This document shows positions 39,821-52,761 of a stretch of 64,000 nt of DNA, one piece after another. Origin of the DNA: Octopus vulgaris (Eukaryota); assembly GCA_951406725.2 (NCBI GenBank), contig OX597821.1, forward strand, positions 112,220,001 to 112,284,000. The letters are read 5' to 3'. The position numbers and the translations under genes are program-made. Under the pieces are notes generated by a model. It was not told the origin of the DNA, did no database searches, and saw only the letters and a program-made list of their open reading frames with translations. Position 1 is the first letter of the stretch; each line of letters starts with the position of its first letter.

Positions 39821-40464
39821 ATATATACTTATATATATATATGATCATGTGTGTGTGTGTGTGTGTGTGCGTGTGTGTGTGTGTGTGTGTGTGAGTGAGA
39901 ACAAATAAATAAATATGAGTAAAGAACACAAACAAGATATAAAAAAAACAAAGCTAAAAACGTGAAAAGAATAAAAAACCAGATGCAACTGACGCAAAAT
40001 GCCCCATTATGGAAATAACTGGGCGAATTATATTAAGAGCTGTGATGATATATAATCATGTGTATTTGATGTGAAAGGTAGAATTTCAAAGTTGTGTTGA
40101 ACGTTTATGTATATATATATATATACACACACATATGTATATATATTATATATATGGTGTTACGTGTGTGTGTGTGTATAGTTAACATTTAACGATGTAT
40201 CACATCCTCAACGATGGGATGGTGGTTCAAATGATGGCGATACAATTCCATCATTGCAGAATAGCAGCAAAGGTCAAAGGTCACAAGGAAGATATGGACA
40301 GATAGACATTCATACACACATACACACACATACATACATACATACATACATACATACATACATACATACTCGATGGTTCATATGGAGAGACAGACAGACA
40401 CAGAAAGAGAGAAATAGACAGAGATAGAAAAGGACAGGGAGATAAATAGAGAGAAACAAGAGAC

Positions 40465-40503
<39 letters not shown>

Positions 40504-40638
40504 GAGAGAAACAGACAAGTAGACAGACAGAAAGAGAAAGAAAAAAAGATATATAGTGAGACAGACAGGGAGAAAGGTAGATAGGAAGAGATGGAAGGAG
40601 AGAGACAAACACCAAGTCAGAAAAAGAGAGACATAGAA

Positions 40639-40677
<39 letters not shown>

Positions 40678-41157
40678 CTGTATTCACCATAAGGTTGAGA
40701 AAAAGAGGGGACGATACGAGGACAGGCAAAACAAACATTGGGGTCAGGGTATCGAATGAGACGAAACGTATGAATAAACAAACAATTAAAATATATACAA
40801 TTAAATGAGAATGAGTGATTAACAAAAAACGAAGCGGAGGACGCGGTCGACCCCACAAACCACAGACTCACACTGAAGACTTTGCTTTCTCCTTTTTATA
40901 TATTCTCGATTAAACAGGTTCTTTCACTCGCAACATACTTGCTATAGACTTCCATCTTTTACGAAACACACTTTGCAACAGGCATTTCTTCTCCAGCCTT
41001 ATTTTCCGTTTCATGTGGAAAACGAAAAAGTCGATTAGCTCGAGACTGGAGATAAACATGCCTGTTGCAATTCCTTTCACTCTCGTCTTCCACACTACCT
41101 CTTTCGCCACAGCAACTACCGAGAGAGAACAGGCTCAAAGAAAAAAATGCAACTTAC

Positions 41158-41328
41158 TTTCAAAATTTTCTATGCCGTTCTTTATAAGCTGTGTAAGCTG
41201 ATAATTAGCCTTTTCCAAATGATCTGTGAACATTCCTTCAGATAATTTCATATACATTTCCTCCATTGCTCCAGAGCAACAGGTTCTACCTGGTTCCAGA
41301 CCGTTAAAACATACGGAGAGTTCAGTTT
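41158..41328 (-). CDS. GPC3/5 (dally-like): Internal coding exon (exon-2 equivalent) of a glypican, GPC3/GPC5/dally subfamily
   Basis: Minus strand acceptor tttcttctttatatttcag| and donor |gtaagt. Length 171 nt, phase 1 to phase 1, no stops. Translation xTELSVCFNGLEPGRTCCSGAMEEMYMKLSEGMFTDHLEKANYQLTQLIKNGIENFE aligns by eye with the human GPC3 segment [21 protein letters not shown]...SMELKFLIIQNAAVFQ (conserved L-x-VC, TCCS, MEE-x-Y, L-x-x-LI). Confidence 0.9.
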
Positions 41329-41536
41329 CTGAAATATAAAGAAGAAAAAAAAGCACAGATAAATAAAAATGAATTGTATTATTTTTCGAAGATCGCAGAG
41401 AAGGAAATAATAATAATAATAATAATAATAATGTGCCTAGTGTACCCTTATCAGACGGGTAGTCATGATGGGTAACCTGGGCTTCGTATATTTTTACCCC
41501 AGTGTCACTTCGATGGCACGCACTGCTCTCTCACTC

Positions 41537-41577
<41 letters not shown>

Positions 41578-41580
<3 letters not shown>

Positions 41581-41940
41581 GAGCACTCAGACAGCGCAAA
41601 CCTCCACCAAGGCAACACCAACATCCATTTAACGATTAACTAGAGACGATTTTTTAAAAATGAGAATATCTGAAATAAATTCGACTGCTCTCACAAACGA
41701 GAATACTAAAAATGAAACCAACCGCTCTTAAAAATTAAGTGAAAAAACGGGAAAAATAATCCAAAATCCTTGTCCGACACCGATCCCAAAATCTAACCAT
41801 TTCGTGTCAAGTCACGAGGCCAAGCATCTCTGAAAGATTCTCTCAAATCCATCCAGCGGTTCTTGAGATATCTTGTCCAATGACAAACGAACAAATGTGA
41901 CTGAAACAATACCTCCGCCTTCACTAAGATGGAGGTAATA
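41578..41940. mobile_element. Helentron-associated (HINE/DINE-like) non-autonomous element
   Basis: Starts aagagcactcagacagcgcaaacctccaccaagg and ends with the hairpin acctccgccttcactaagatggaggt. Embedded in (AAT)n with no TSD. Confidence 0.6.
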
Positions 41941-42774
41941 ATAACAATAATAATAATAATAATAATAAACTAGCACTTCTAGAAATGACACACATTCTAC
42001 GTAAAACACTTTCACTACAGTAAAAGTAAGAGCACCACAGCACATACCCAAGGTACACAGAGCTGCGCTTGGTGGTGCAGAGAAAGCACGTGATAAAAAT
42101 AAGACTACTGAATAATAATGATGATTTCAAATTTTGGCACAAGGCCAGCAATTTCGAAGTGGGTGGGTGAGGGAGATAGTCGATTACATCGACCACAATA
42201 CTCAACTGGTACTTATTTTATTGCCGCTTGAAAGGATGCAAGTTACTAAGTTCACCTTGGCGGAAGTAAGTGTGCTGTTAAACCAGGAGACAAAACAGGT
42301 CCACCAGTTTTTGGGTAACCTTCGTAAAATGTAAACTTTTATATTGTCCACAGTAAAATAAATGTGTTCTGTGCGTGGCGAGGTGGAAGAGAAAGACAGG
42401 CAGAGAGAAAGAGAAAGAGATTTGCTTTTAAAACCATTATTAGTTTTAATTCTTTTAATTTCCCAAGCTTGTAATGGGGTAGATGCCTTGGGATTCTATA
42501 ATAGTTTAACTTAGTGCCGCATCGTCAGTCCTGTGTCAACACTTGTTAGAAGTTCAACATTCTACAATATAACTGACATTGTTTTAGCTCAAATCTTTAT
42601 TGGCCTGCAACAACCTTTACATTAATTTGAATGTCACACACACACACACACACACACATACACAGACCACATCATGTATTAACAGCCAGCATATTTCACA
42701 AAATCATTCTTCTTCTTGTATTCATCACTGGTTACTTTCTTTAACATGTCATTATCATTTCACTTCTTTCATCT

Positions 42775-43358
42775 TGTCTTTACGTTCTAAGTTCAAATTC
42801 TGCCATGGTTGACTTTGCCTTTTTATCTTTTCGCGTTCGATAAATTAAGTACCAGTTGCATACTGGTGTCACTCTAATCGACTGGCCCTCTCCCCTAAAA
42901 TTTCGGGTTTCATGCCTAGAGTAGAAAAGATTATCATTTCACTTCTCAGAGTTCTTGATTATACTTGCTTCGGCTAATTTCGTAAGAGCGGACAACAACC
43001 TGTCGTCAAGGTTCTCACAGGGTCCCTCCCCACAATGCTCAACATCCAAGAACCAATATCTCCGCTGTCCACAATAAAGCCGTTTACTGAGCATGTGCTA
43101 CACTCCAGTCAATCCCAATTTCTCCAGTTGAGTACTGGGGGTGGTGGTAGCAAGGCAAAACTAATCGACTTAGCTATAAGGCAAGCAAATTTTTTTTGGG
43201 GGGGGGGGGTAAATCGATTACATTGACCCCAGTGCACAACTGGTACTTATTTCATCGACCCTGAAAGGATGAAAGGCAAAGTCGACCTCGGTGGAATTTG
43301 AACTCAGAACATAAAGGCAGAAGAAATACTGCTAAGCATTTCACCCGGCGTGCTAACG
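42775..43358. mobile_element. Two Meta-domain-type SINEs in inverted orientation (+ 42775-42930, - 43170-43358)
   Basis: Family core gactttgccttt..tccttt..ggtcgat.aa.taagtaccagt present on both strands. Confidence 0.75.
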
Positions 43359-43902
43359 AAGGTGGTACTATTTAAGCACACACACACACACACAATTCTC
43401 TTTCACCATCTTACTTTACTCTCTATAAAGATCCCCAAACCCAACTCTCGCCCTTTCCTTCAGCGTAGGAGACTTGTGGAATTTTGGAATAAAAATAATG
43501 ATAATAATAATTTCTTAGAATTTCTTGTATAAGGCGGGTGGTTGGGTCGATGATTGCTCTTAGTTTGACAACTGAACCGTAGCAAGCTCCTTTGGGAAGT
43601 TATGGAGTTATATGTAAAATCCCAACATAACTTGGATGATAGACAGGTTAATTAAAAGAGAGAATGACATTTTAGAAGGGGTGGTGGTGGTGGTGGAGGG
43701 AGGGATATAGGGGCGGTGAATTTGTACATGAGAAATTGGCCTAAAAACTTATGAGCCGAGTTAAGGATCATGTAGCTGGCCAGCAATAATAATAATAATG
43801 ATGGTGATAATGTTGTTGCTGCTGCTGCTGCTGATGATGATGATGATATGACGCTTATAGGTGTGGGAATATGGTGGGAGCACGTGTATACACGCACATG
43901 CA

Positions 43903-43937
<35 letters not shown>

Positions 43938-44135
43938 AAGCGAAATAGAAAGGCAAAGACATAAAGGAAACGGAAGGTGAAAAGGAGTTTCAACTATATA
44001 CCGTATACACATACACACATATATATATACACATACACACACATATATATGTGTATATATACACACAAATAATGAAAACAAAAGTATATGAAAGTTCACA
44101 GCTAATAACTAGGTTGATGCTGAAAGAGTCAAAGT

Positions 44136-44168
44136 TAATACGTTTCGGACAATGTACTTCTTCAGTTA
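44136..44168 (-). ncRNA. Minimal hammerhead ribozyme (family B-like), one helix II mismatch
   Basis: uaa-CUGAAGA-a-guac-auu-gucc-GAAA-cGUA-uua. Confidence 0.55.
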
Positions 44169-44723
44169 TCAGAGAAAAGTCTAGAAATTGAGAAGAGAAA
44201 AAAATGACTTTAAAAAAAAGAGCCAGGCAAAACGCATCTGGGCTCGGGTATATATGCACACACGGGCACACACACACACACACATTGAACAGGCCGTTAC
44301 ACGCAAAATACTTTTGCTAATTTGTGCGTCTGCGTTCGCGCTCACGAAACAGGTTATGTGTAAGCACAGGCATGGCTGCGTGTTTAAGACGTTCGCTTCA
44401 GAACCATGCGGTTAACGGTTCGATCCAACGGCTTGGACGCTGTCGACTGATGTCTTCCATTGCAGAACGTTCACTAATTCGTTTTGAGTGGAATTGCCAG
44501 AAAGAAAAACTGAAGTTCGTCGCGAATCGGCGTCAAATATACGTAATTCATATACACTAACAAAAATACACGCACGCACGCACGTAATCAGAAGCACCAC
44601 ACGCATACACACACAGTCACAAACACATCTAATAAGAAAATGCTAAATACATACACACACTTTCAAACAAAAAATAAACGACTTATATGTTACATACATA
44701 TACAGACATACACGCAAATAGAA

Positions 44724-44757
<34 letters not shown>

Positions 44758-45056
44758 AATTTGAGAAAGAAACAAATATATACAGAGAGATAGACAGTAA
44801 TAGGTATACATACACATTCACAATGTCATAAATATACACGTACAGATACATTAAGAGACGGAGAGATAGGTTGGGAAAGATATATACACACACAGGAAAA
44901 CAGAGAGAAACAAGCACCCACCCACCCACACAAATGCATCTACGAACATATATATATACACAGTAACAAACATGTATAGACACACGGAGAGAGAAATAAA
45001 TACATACATACACATACAGACACATTACTAATGGAAGCCATTTTAATGAAAAGGAA

Positions 45057-45117
<61 letters not shown>

Positions 45118-45352
45118 AATCACTGACGAGAGGAAATGAAGCCGGAGGCTGGTGTTAGATAAAGCGATGCCCATCGTTTAAGAAATGGTATTTGCAGGAA
45201 CCGGGTCTTCTAGCGTTGATTGTATTTACAGTGTTAAACAATACAAGAGATGGAAATGGAATTACCATTTCATTCTTGAAATCAGGACAACCAGTAACGC
45301 ATCGTAGTGTTATCACAGATCGTGAAGATTTTCTTCAGATTTAATAAAATAG

Positions 45353-45810
<458 letters not shown>

Positions 45811-46087
45811 ATGTATGTATATATATACACACACAGAGTTGCTATTATGTTGAACTATCGTATGTCTAAATTTGGCCAAATTCGTTTTTTTTTTTGTTTT
45901 TTTTTTCAATATTTATTTTTGCTTGCCACACCGGTTCTTTTGGTCAAACTATCCTATCTCCAGCTGCTAAGATAGCAAAAATTGTGAAAGTGTAGTACAA
46001 CGGTTTTGCTATGGAATGGTGAAACCATTTTTTTCATTTTCTGAAAACGCCACGCCTTGAACTTACGATACTTTTACATAATAGCAA

Positions 46088-46140
<53 letters not shown>

Positions 46141-46144
<4 letters not shown>

Positions 46145-46413
46145 CTATACAATATGTTACATTACTCGGTAGTCAAGATAAAACTCTGAGTTTCAGATGC
46201 CGAAGTGGAAATCCACAACACCATCTCTTCGGTTATCTGGCTATTTGAAAACGTTATGAAAAAATACCGTTAAAAATGAAGGGAAGGTATTTTTTCATAA
46301 CGTTTTCAAATAGCCAGATAACCGAAGAGATGGTGTTGTGGATTTCCACTTCGGCATCTGAAACTCAGAGTTTTATCTTGACTACCGAGTAATGTAACAT
46401 ATTGTATAGATAA
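46141..46413. repeat. Perfect inverted repeat with 128-bp arms and a 17-nt spacer (Penelope-type inverted terminus)
   Basis: 46141-46268 is the exact reverse complement of 46286-46413. Confidence 0.95.
46316..46378 (+). ncRNA. Hammerhead-like motif, variant core (mirror copy at 46176-46238, -)
   Basis: agauaa-CCGAAGA-gaug...cauc-u-GAAA-cucagaGUU-uuaucu. It has a 6-bp helix I, an extended helix II and a palindromic helix III, but carries a U4C change and one extra nucleotide before GAAA. Confidence 0.55.
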
Positions 46414-46474
46414 ATTTCCTCTATTTACATAATATTGAGGTCTCTTTCTTTCTTTTGTTATCTTACCGTTTTAT

Positions 46475-46518
<44 letters not shown>

Positions 46519-46522
<4 letters not shown>

Positions 46523-46810
46523 ATGTACAAGAGTCAAATAATTACGAATGCCTGCAAATCAAATCCAGGTCTATATATAAATATCCCAACACCAGCCTTG
46601 TGAAATATACCGCCTAAGCAACTTTCTGGACATACTATTGAAACCTTTCCTCAGATACATTAGAAGTTTCATTAGAGACGAGCTGGAACATGCTAGAACA
46701 TGTAGCAAAAACCACCAACGAAGAAGCACTATTAGTCTCCTTCGATGTCATCAAATTCTACACTAACATTCCACGTGACTACGGAATAGAGGCAATAAAA
46801 TTCTGGTTAG
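46519..46810 (+). pseudogene. Penelope-like retroelement reverse transcriptase fragment
   Basis: Frameshifted pieces KMYKSQIITNAC..., RLSNFLDILLKPFLRYIRSFIRD and LLVSFDVIKFYTNIPRDYGIEAIKFWL. SFDV..(L/F)YTNIP is the PLE RT motif. Confidence 0.85.
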
Positions 46811-46928
46811 GATATCACTACATCCATAAAATATTTATGTATTTTTAAAAATTTCTTTATAAAAATATATTAAACTCTGTGAAACGAAGGCATTTCTCTT
46901 CCACTTTTTATATATACATACATATATA

Positions 46929-46969
<41 letters not shown>

Positions 46970-46971
<2 letters not shown>

Positions 46972-47600
46972 TTTATTTGTTGCAGTCATCAGACTGCGGC
47001 CGTGCTGGAGCACCGCATTTTTTAGTCGAATGAATCAGCCTCGGTACCTACCGCTATGGCACGGAGACACATACATCGGGCTTCTCTCAGTCTCCGTTTG
47101 CCAAACCAGCAGACTCATTCACAAGGCTTTGGTTGGTATGAGACTATAATAGAATACACTTGCCCGAGGTGCCGCATGGAGGGACTGAATCCAAAATCAC
47201 ATGGCTATAAAAAAAAAAAAAACTTAACCATAGGCAGGAGTGGCTCCTTCGAACCACATGGTTCCGGGTTCAGTCCCACTGCGTGGCACCTTGGGCAAGT
47301 GTCTTCTACTATAGCCTCGGGCCGACCAAAGCCTTCAAGAGTGAATTTAGTAGACAGAAACTGAAAGAACCCCGTCGTATATATATATGTGTGTGTGTAT
47401 ACGTTTGTGTGTCTATTTATCCCACCAACATCGCTTGACAGCCGATGCTGGTGTGTTTATTTCCCGTAAGCTAGCGGTTTGGCAAAAAAGACCGATAGAA
47501 TAAGTACTGGGCTTACAAAGACTAAGTCCTGGGGTCGACTTAAAGGCGGTGCTCCAGCATGGCCACAGTCAAATAACTGAAACAAGTAAAAGAGTAAAGA
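46970..47600. mobile_element. Head-to-head pair of CORE-type SINEs (- 46970-47200, + 47232-47600)
   Basis: Family 1 motifs in divergent orientation. Confidence 0.8.
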
Positions 47601-48209
47601 GTATACAGGCACCCCACCCCACCCCTGCACATACGCATACACATACACACAGACATATGCACACACACACACACACGCGCGCGCACAGAATCGGAATGGA
47701 ATTTTTTCTTGATCACTAAACTCCCACGATATAATATTTCACAGAAATTAACGACCCTGTATTACACTATGTAAACAAATCACGTGATATTATTCCACCG
47801 CCGCCACCACCACCACCTCGTTTCCATTCCAAGTTCTCTCATTACATCATCAACTACTCTTACCCGCCCTCTTCACATATAGCACAAACCGTTCTTCAAA
47901 TACTTGAAGAGCATTTTACAATTTTGGGGGTGGCGGAGGGGGTGGGGGAAAGGGGGGTGGGTGTCTTTTGTGTTTCCGTTTTTTTTTCTTCTTTTCTTTT
48001 CTTTTTGAATAACTTACGATAATATTATAATATATAATATAATATACGTGATCATTTGGTTAAGAGGTTTGTTTCTGAACCACATGGTTCCGAGTTCAGT
48101 TCGACTGCGAAACACCCTGGATGAGTTTCGTAACACTATAGGTATATATATATGCATAGACATACATGTATGAATATATATAGAGTTCATCTACATCCGT
48201 GTATGTATG

Positions 48210-48309
<100 letters not shown>

Positions 48310-48431
48310 CACACACACACGCATATATATATATATATAGGGAGAGTTTACGAAAAGAAAAACAAAAGACGAAGACAGGTGGAGTACAAACAAACAAATG
48401 TATTAGTATAACGCTCAGGAATAGAAAAAGT

Positions 48432-48467
48432 CTTTTATGTTTCGAGCCTACGCTCTTCTACAGAAAG
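48432..48467 (-). ncRNA. Hammerhead ribozyme relic (family B) with A6U core change
   Basis: cuuu-CUGUAGA-a-gagc-guag-gcuc-GAAA-cAUA-aaag. Downstream cctgagcg...ctaatac is shared with the 52.7 kb copy. Confidence 0.6.
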
Positions 48468-48521
48468 GGACACAGAAAAAACAAAGGAGAGAAAAAGTCT
48501 ATATATATATATATATATGTT

Positions 48522-48575
<54 letters not shown>

Positions 48576-49282
48576 AACATCGTGTCTGTATGTGTGTAAG
48601 GGCGCGCGTTTCCTTCACAAGGCAGTTATAAAAGAGTTTCACCGACATATAAGCAGTGTCTCTCGTATTCGGTTTTCCGTGAAAAAAAAAAGTTCACCCA
48701 TGCTTTTCATCTTGCTCGGAAATACATGAAGGTTGGCGGCAAGAAGAGCATCCAGCCGGAGAAAGTCCAAAAGTCCACCGTAACAAAGTAGAGCTCTAAA
48801 AATGATGGCGATGACGATGATGAACTTGAACAAGGGAAAGAAAAGCAGCACCTATATAGACGCTGTGATTGGCAGGCACAGGAAAAAGTGATTCTGCGAC
48901 CGAGGACTGGATACGTGTCCTAGCAAGAAAATGAATCCCGCTAAAGACACTCAAGCAAGGAAGCACAAAACACTCTCGTTTATGCACGAGACACAGGAGG
49001 CGCATAAACGAAGTGAATCCGGACCACGTGATTGAAAAAGCGAACTTCGTAACCATACGACCAACTATACCTGCACCCATTGCTAATCCCTGTCTTATCT
49101 GCCATAACCGTGCTCGTAACTAATTAATTAGTTGTTTTTTTCCCTACAATCTACCAGATGTTGCGTAACGAATGAGGTTTGGGTGCCGTTGCTACGATGT
49201 AAAACATTAATTTTTGCTTGTAGTAAATTAGAAAACAATAAGCCTCTTTAAGATTTGAGATTTATCCAAATGAGAGTGAGAG

Positions 49283-49318
<36 letters not shown>

Positions 49319-49358
49319 GCACGCACACACAGAGATAAGGAGAGAGACATATATATAT

Positions 49359-49405
<47 letters not shown>

Positions 49406-49455
49406 GCGTGTGTGTGTGTGTGTGTATGCATGTATGTTGTATATAAGGAGACACA

Positions 49456-49487
<32 letters not shown>

Positions 49488-50377
49488 CACACATACAAAA
49501 AGAGAAAAGAAAGATATACACAGCGAGAGAGGGAGGAAAGAAGAGCGAGAGAGAGACAGAGCGCTCGCGAGGGAGAGCAAATACACCAAACTGTGTGTGT
49601 AAAGCCACTGTATTAAGTCTTTTAACATAACAAGGGCAAAAACATAGGGTCGGGAGGTTGGTGCGGGTCTGTCCTGGTTTGTTAGATCTCGGGTTTCAGG
49701 CCGAGTCTTAAAGGATAATCGATTAATCCATTTATCTTTGTGAGACAGGTTAATATTTGTTATATTGATTGATTTGTTTTTCATATCTCAATCATCTCAG
49801 AGACGTTGTTAGATGTTCCGCCAAATCCACGGAGGGACATGATAATGGCGACGCACACAAAAAAAAGGTTACTATTAACATGGACACCATTCTGACACTC
49901 CTTCTCTTGACTGGTATGAAGCAGACACGTTTTTTGTTGTTTAGTTTATCAGAATGAGACGCAAAAGAAAATCATTGATCGTATTTGTGGAGAGAGAAAG
50001 AGATAGAGAGAGGAAAATTAGTTTTAATAAAGTTTGGTAATTAGGAGAGATCGGTTGACGTTGGTGATGTGAAAAACTTTAAAGTTTTAGTCAAAGGAAA
50101 ATTGACGGAATAGTAAAGTAAATTTGGGTGGAAGGGAGAAAGAAGTGAATAAGTTAAAAGGTGGAGACAGTAAGTAGACGCACAATAAACGAAAGTTGCA
50201 GAAATAAAGGTGGGGGTTTGTGAAGAAGTAGAGCCGAAATGGGAGGTAATTGGTGTATGATGCAGTAGGAGAGAAGTGATTAGGGTAACCTGAGATTAAT
50301 TTGAGGTTATGATTACGTGAATATATGTATGGATTATGCGAATATGCATGTACATTGCAATATATAAGGTCACTGTA

Positions 50378-50765
50378 AGGCCGTGAGCTGGCAGAATCGA
50401 TAGCACGTCGGTCGAAATGTTCAGCGACATTTTGTCTGTCTTCGAGTTCTGAGTTCCAAATTCCGCCGCGGTCGACTTTGCCTTTCATCCTTTCGGGTTC
50501 GATAAAATAAGTACCAATTGAGTACTGAGGTGGATGTGATCGGCTTACCCCATTCCCTGAACTTGTTGGTCTTTGGGTAAAAAAAAAAGGCTGCGAGCTG
50601 GCAGAATCGTTAGCACGCGGTTCTGAGTTCAAAATCCGCCGAGGTCGACTTTGCCTTTCATCTTTTCGAGATCGACAAAAATAAAAAAAAAATAGCAGTT
50701 GAATACTGGGGTCAATGTAATCAGTTTACTCCCTTCCCCGAAATTGTGGCACAATTTGAAATCAA
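50378..50765 (+). mobile_element. Two tandem Meta-domain-type SINEs
   Basis: gagctggcagaatcg heads followed by gagttc.aaat.ccgcc..ggtcgactttgcctttcatc. Confidence 0.85.
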
Positions 50766-51005
50766 TAAGTGAGGTCTTAGCAATACTGACAACATGCAAC
50801 TCAGTACAAATTGTCGCACGGTCGGACCAATGGCGACTAAATCGACAACTTTAACCAAGCCTGCTTAGTAAGAATGGTGGTTTTCATTGGAGGCCCTGCA
50901 GGACAAAATTAACAAAACCTGTTAAAAGAAGGGTCAACGGCCATCCGACAGTTGACATTGAATCATTCTTTTATTCTTTTATTCGTTTCATACATCTGAC
51001 TACGG

Positions 51006-51391
51006 TGGAGGCGCAATGGCCCAGTGGTTAGGGCAGCGGACTCGCGGTCATAGGATCGCGGTTTCGATTCCCAGACCGGGCGTTGTGAGTGTTTATTAAG
51101 CGAAAACACCTAAAGCTCCACGAGGCTCCGGCAGGGGATGGTGGTGATCCCTGCTGTACTCTTTCACCACAACTTTCTCTCACTCTTACTTCCTGTTTCT
51201 GTTGTACCTGTATTTCAAGGGGTCGACCTTGTCACTCTCTGTGTCACGCTGAATATCCCCGAGAACTACGTTAAGGGTACACGTGTCTGTGGAGTGCTCA
51301 GCCACTTACACGTTAATTTCACGAGCAGGCTGTTCCGTTGATTCGGATCAACCGGAACCCTCATCGTCGTAACCGACGGAGTGCTTCCTCC
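51006..51391 (+). mobile_element. tRNA-derived SINE family 3, full length, 14-bp TSD, nested in a family 1 SINE (50965-51750, -)
   Basis: A box tggcccagtgg and B box ggtttcgattcc; TSD acatctgactacgg at 50992-51005 and 51392-51405. Confidence 0.9.
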
Positions 51392-52496
51392 ACATCTGAC
51401 TACGGCGATGCTGGAGTACCGGCTTGAAATTTTTTAGGCGAACAATTCGACACCTGGACTCATTGTTTAAGCCTAGTACTTATTTTGTTGGTCTCATGTG
51501 CCGAACCGTTAAGTTACGGGGAAGTAAACACAACATCTGCTGTCAAGCGATGACGGGCGGACAAAAATAGACACAAAGGTACACGCACGCACATGTCAAG
51601 CTTCTTTCAGTTTCCGTCTACCAAATCCACTTACAAGGCTTGGGTCGGCGCGAGGCCATACCAGAAGACACTTGCCCAAGGTGTCACGCTGTAGAACTGA
51701 ACCCGGAACCATGTGGTAGGGAGGCAAGCTTCTTACCAAGCAGCCACGTATCTCGTCTTTGATTGGACATCTCTCTTCAGGAAACAGAAAACTCTGGTAT
51801 GGTGTAACACGTAAGATTTCGTTTGCAACCAAATAAACAACTTCATTTTGTGGGGGAAATGCTTGTTCAGAGAATGGGATTGGCGCTGCGCAAAACCTTT
51901 CGATACTTAAAAGACCCTAAGTCCGGGGAATTTACATTACTTTTAATGTGCCCCTTGTGTCTTTCCCTTTTAAAGATATGTCGTCTGTAATTTGCGAGAG
52001 ATCGTCGCCATTTTCTTGCGAATGTCAAGCGAGGCTAAGCAGACGTTCTCTCATTTGTTCAGTCCGCGTATTAAACAGTTTAGTTTTATGAAATATAGCA
52101 AACACTGAAGCGAAAAACCATCTAATGACATCTAAACACACACACACAGTTATTCACATATTACACATGTAAATTCCGAAAAAAAAAAAAAAAAAAGAAG
52201 CAAATTTCTTGCCACACACACAAACAGACGACGCATAGAGAAACATTTACGACAAAATATTATGTTTCCATTTTATGAAAAATATTTTGACATAATTATG
52301 GCTTTAAAAGATTTCCAAACTATAATTTTCCGTTCTTGATATGTTAGAATGAATGCACAAGAGTCTTCAGCTCTCATAAATGCAATATTTTTAATAACAG
52401 TGACAGATACGCTGACGAGATCCTGGTTGTTATATATATATATATATATATGTAATATATATATGTATATATATTTACACACACACACATATATAT

Positions 52497-52530
<34 letters not shown>

Positions 52531-52575
52531 TATATATAAAATATGAATTAGAGATAAAACCACTCTTATGCAACT

Positions 52576-52622
<47 letters not shown>

Positions 52623-52725
52623 CACATACATACATATATGTGTGTGTTTGTGTATCAAAACGTAACCACATGTGAATTGTTGGCGATTTTCTTCCTCTGT
52701 CTTTCTTTCTATTGGACTTTCCTCT

Positions 52726-52761
52726 GTTTCTGAAGAAGAGCTTCTGCTCGAAACGTTAAAC
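52726..52761 (+). ncRNA. Minimal type I hammerhead ribozyme (family B), intact core
   Basis: guuu-CUGAAGA-a-gagc-uucu-gcuc-GAAA-cGUU-aaac. Helix I guuu/aaac, helix II gagc/gcuc, palindromic aacguu. Confidence 0.8.

Noticed and set aside
48796-49080. 94-aa minus-strand ORF as a candidate glypican exon 1
   Set aside because: No signal peptide followed by the glypican C-x-x-V motif, and no suitable phase 1 donor.
51006-51080. tRNA-like sequences here and at 62345, 58177, 59496 and 31266
   Set aside because: These are SINE heads: no proper acceptor stem or terminator, and they continue into repeat bodies, some with TSDs.
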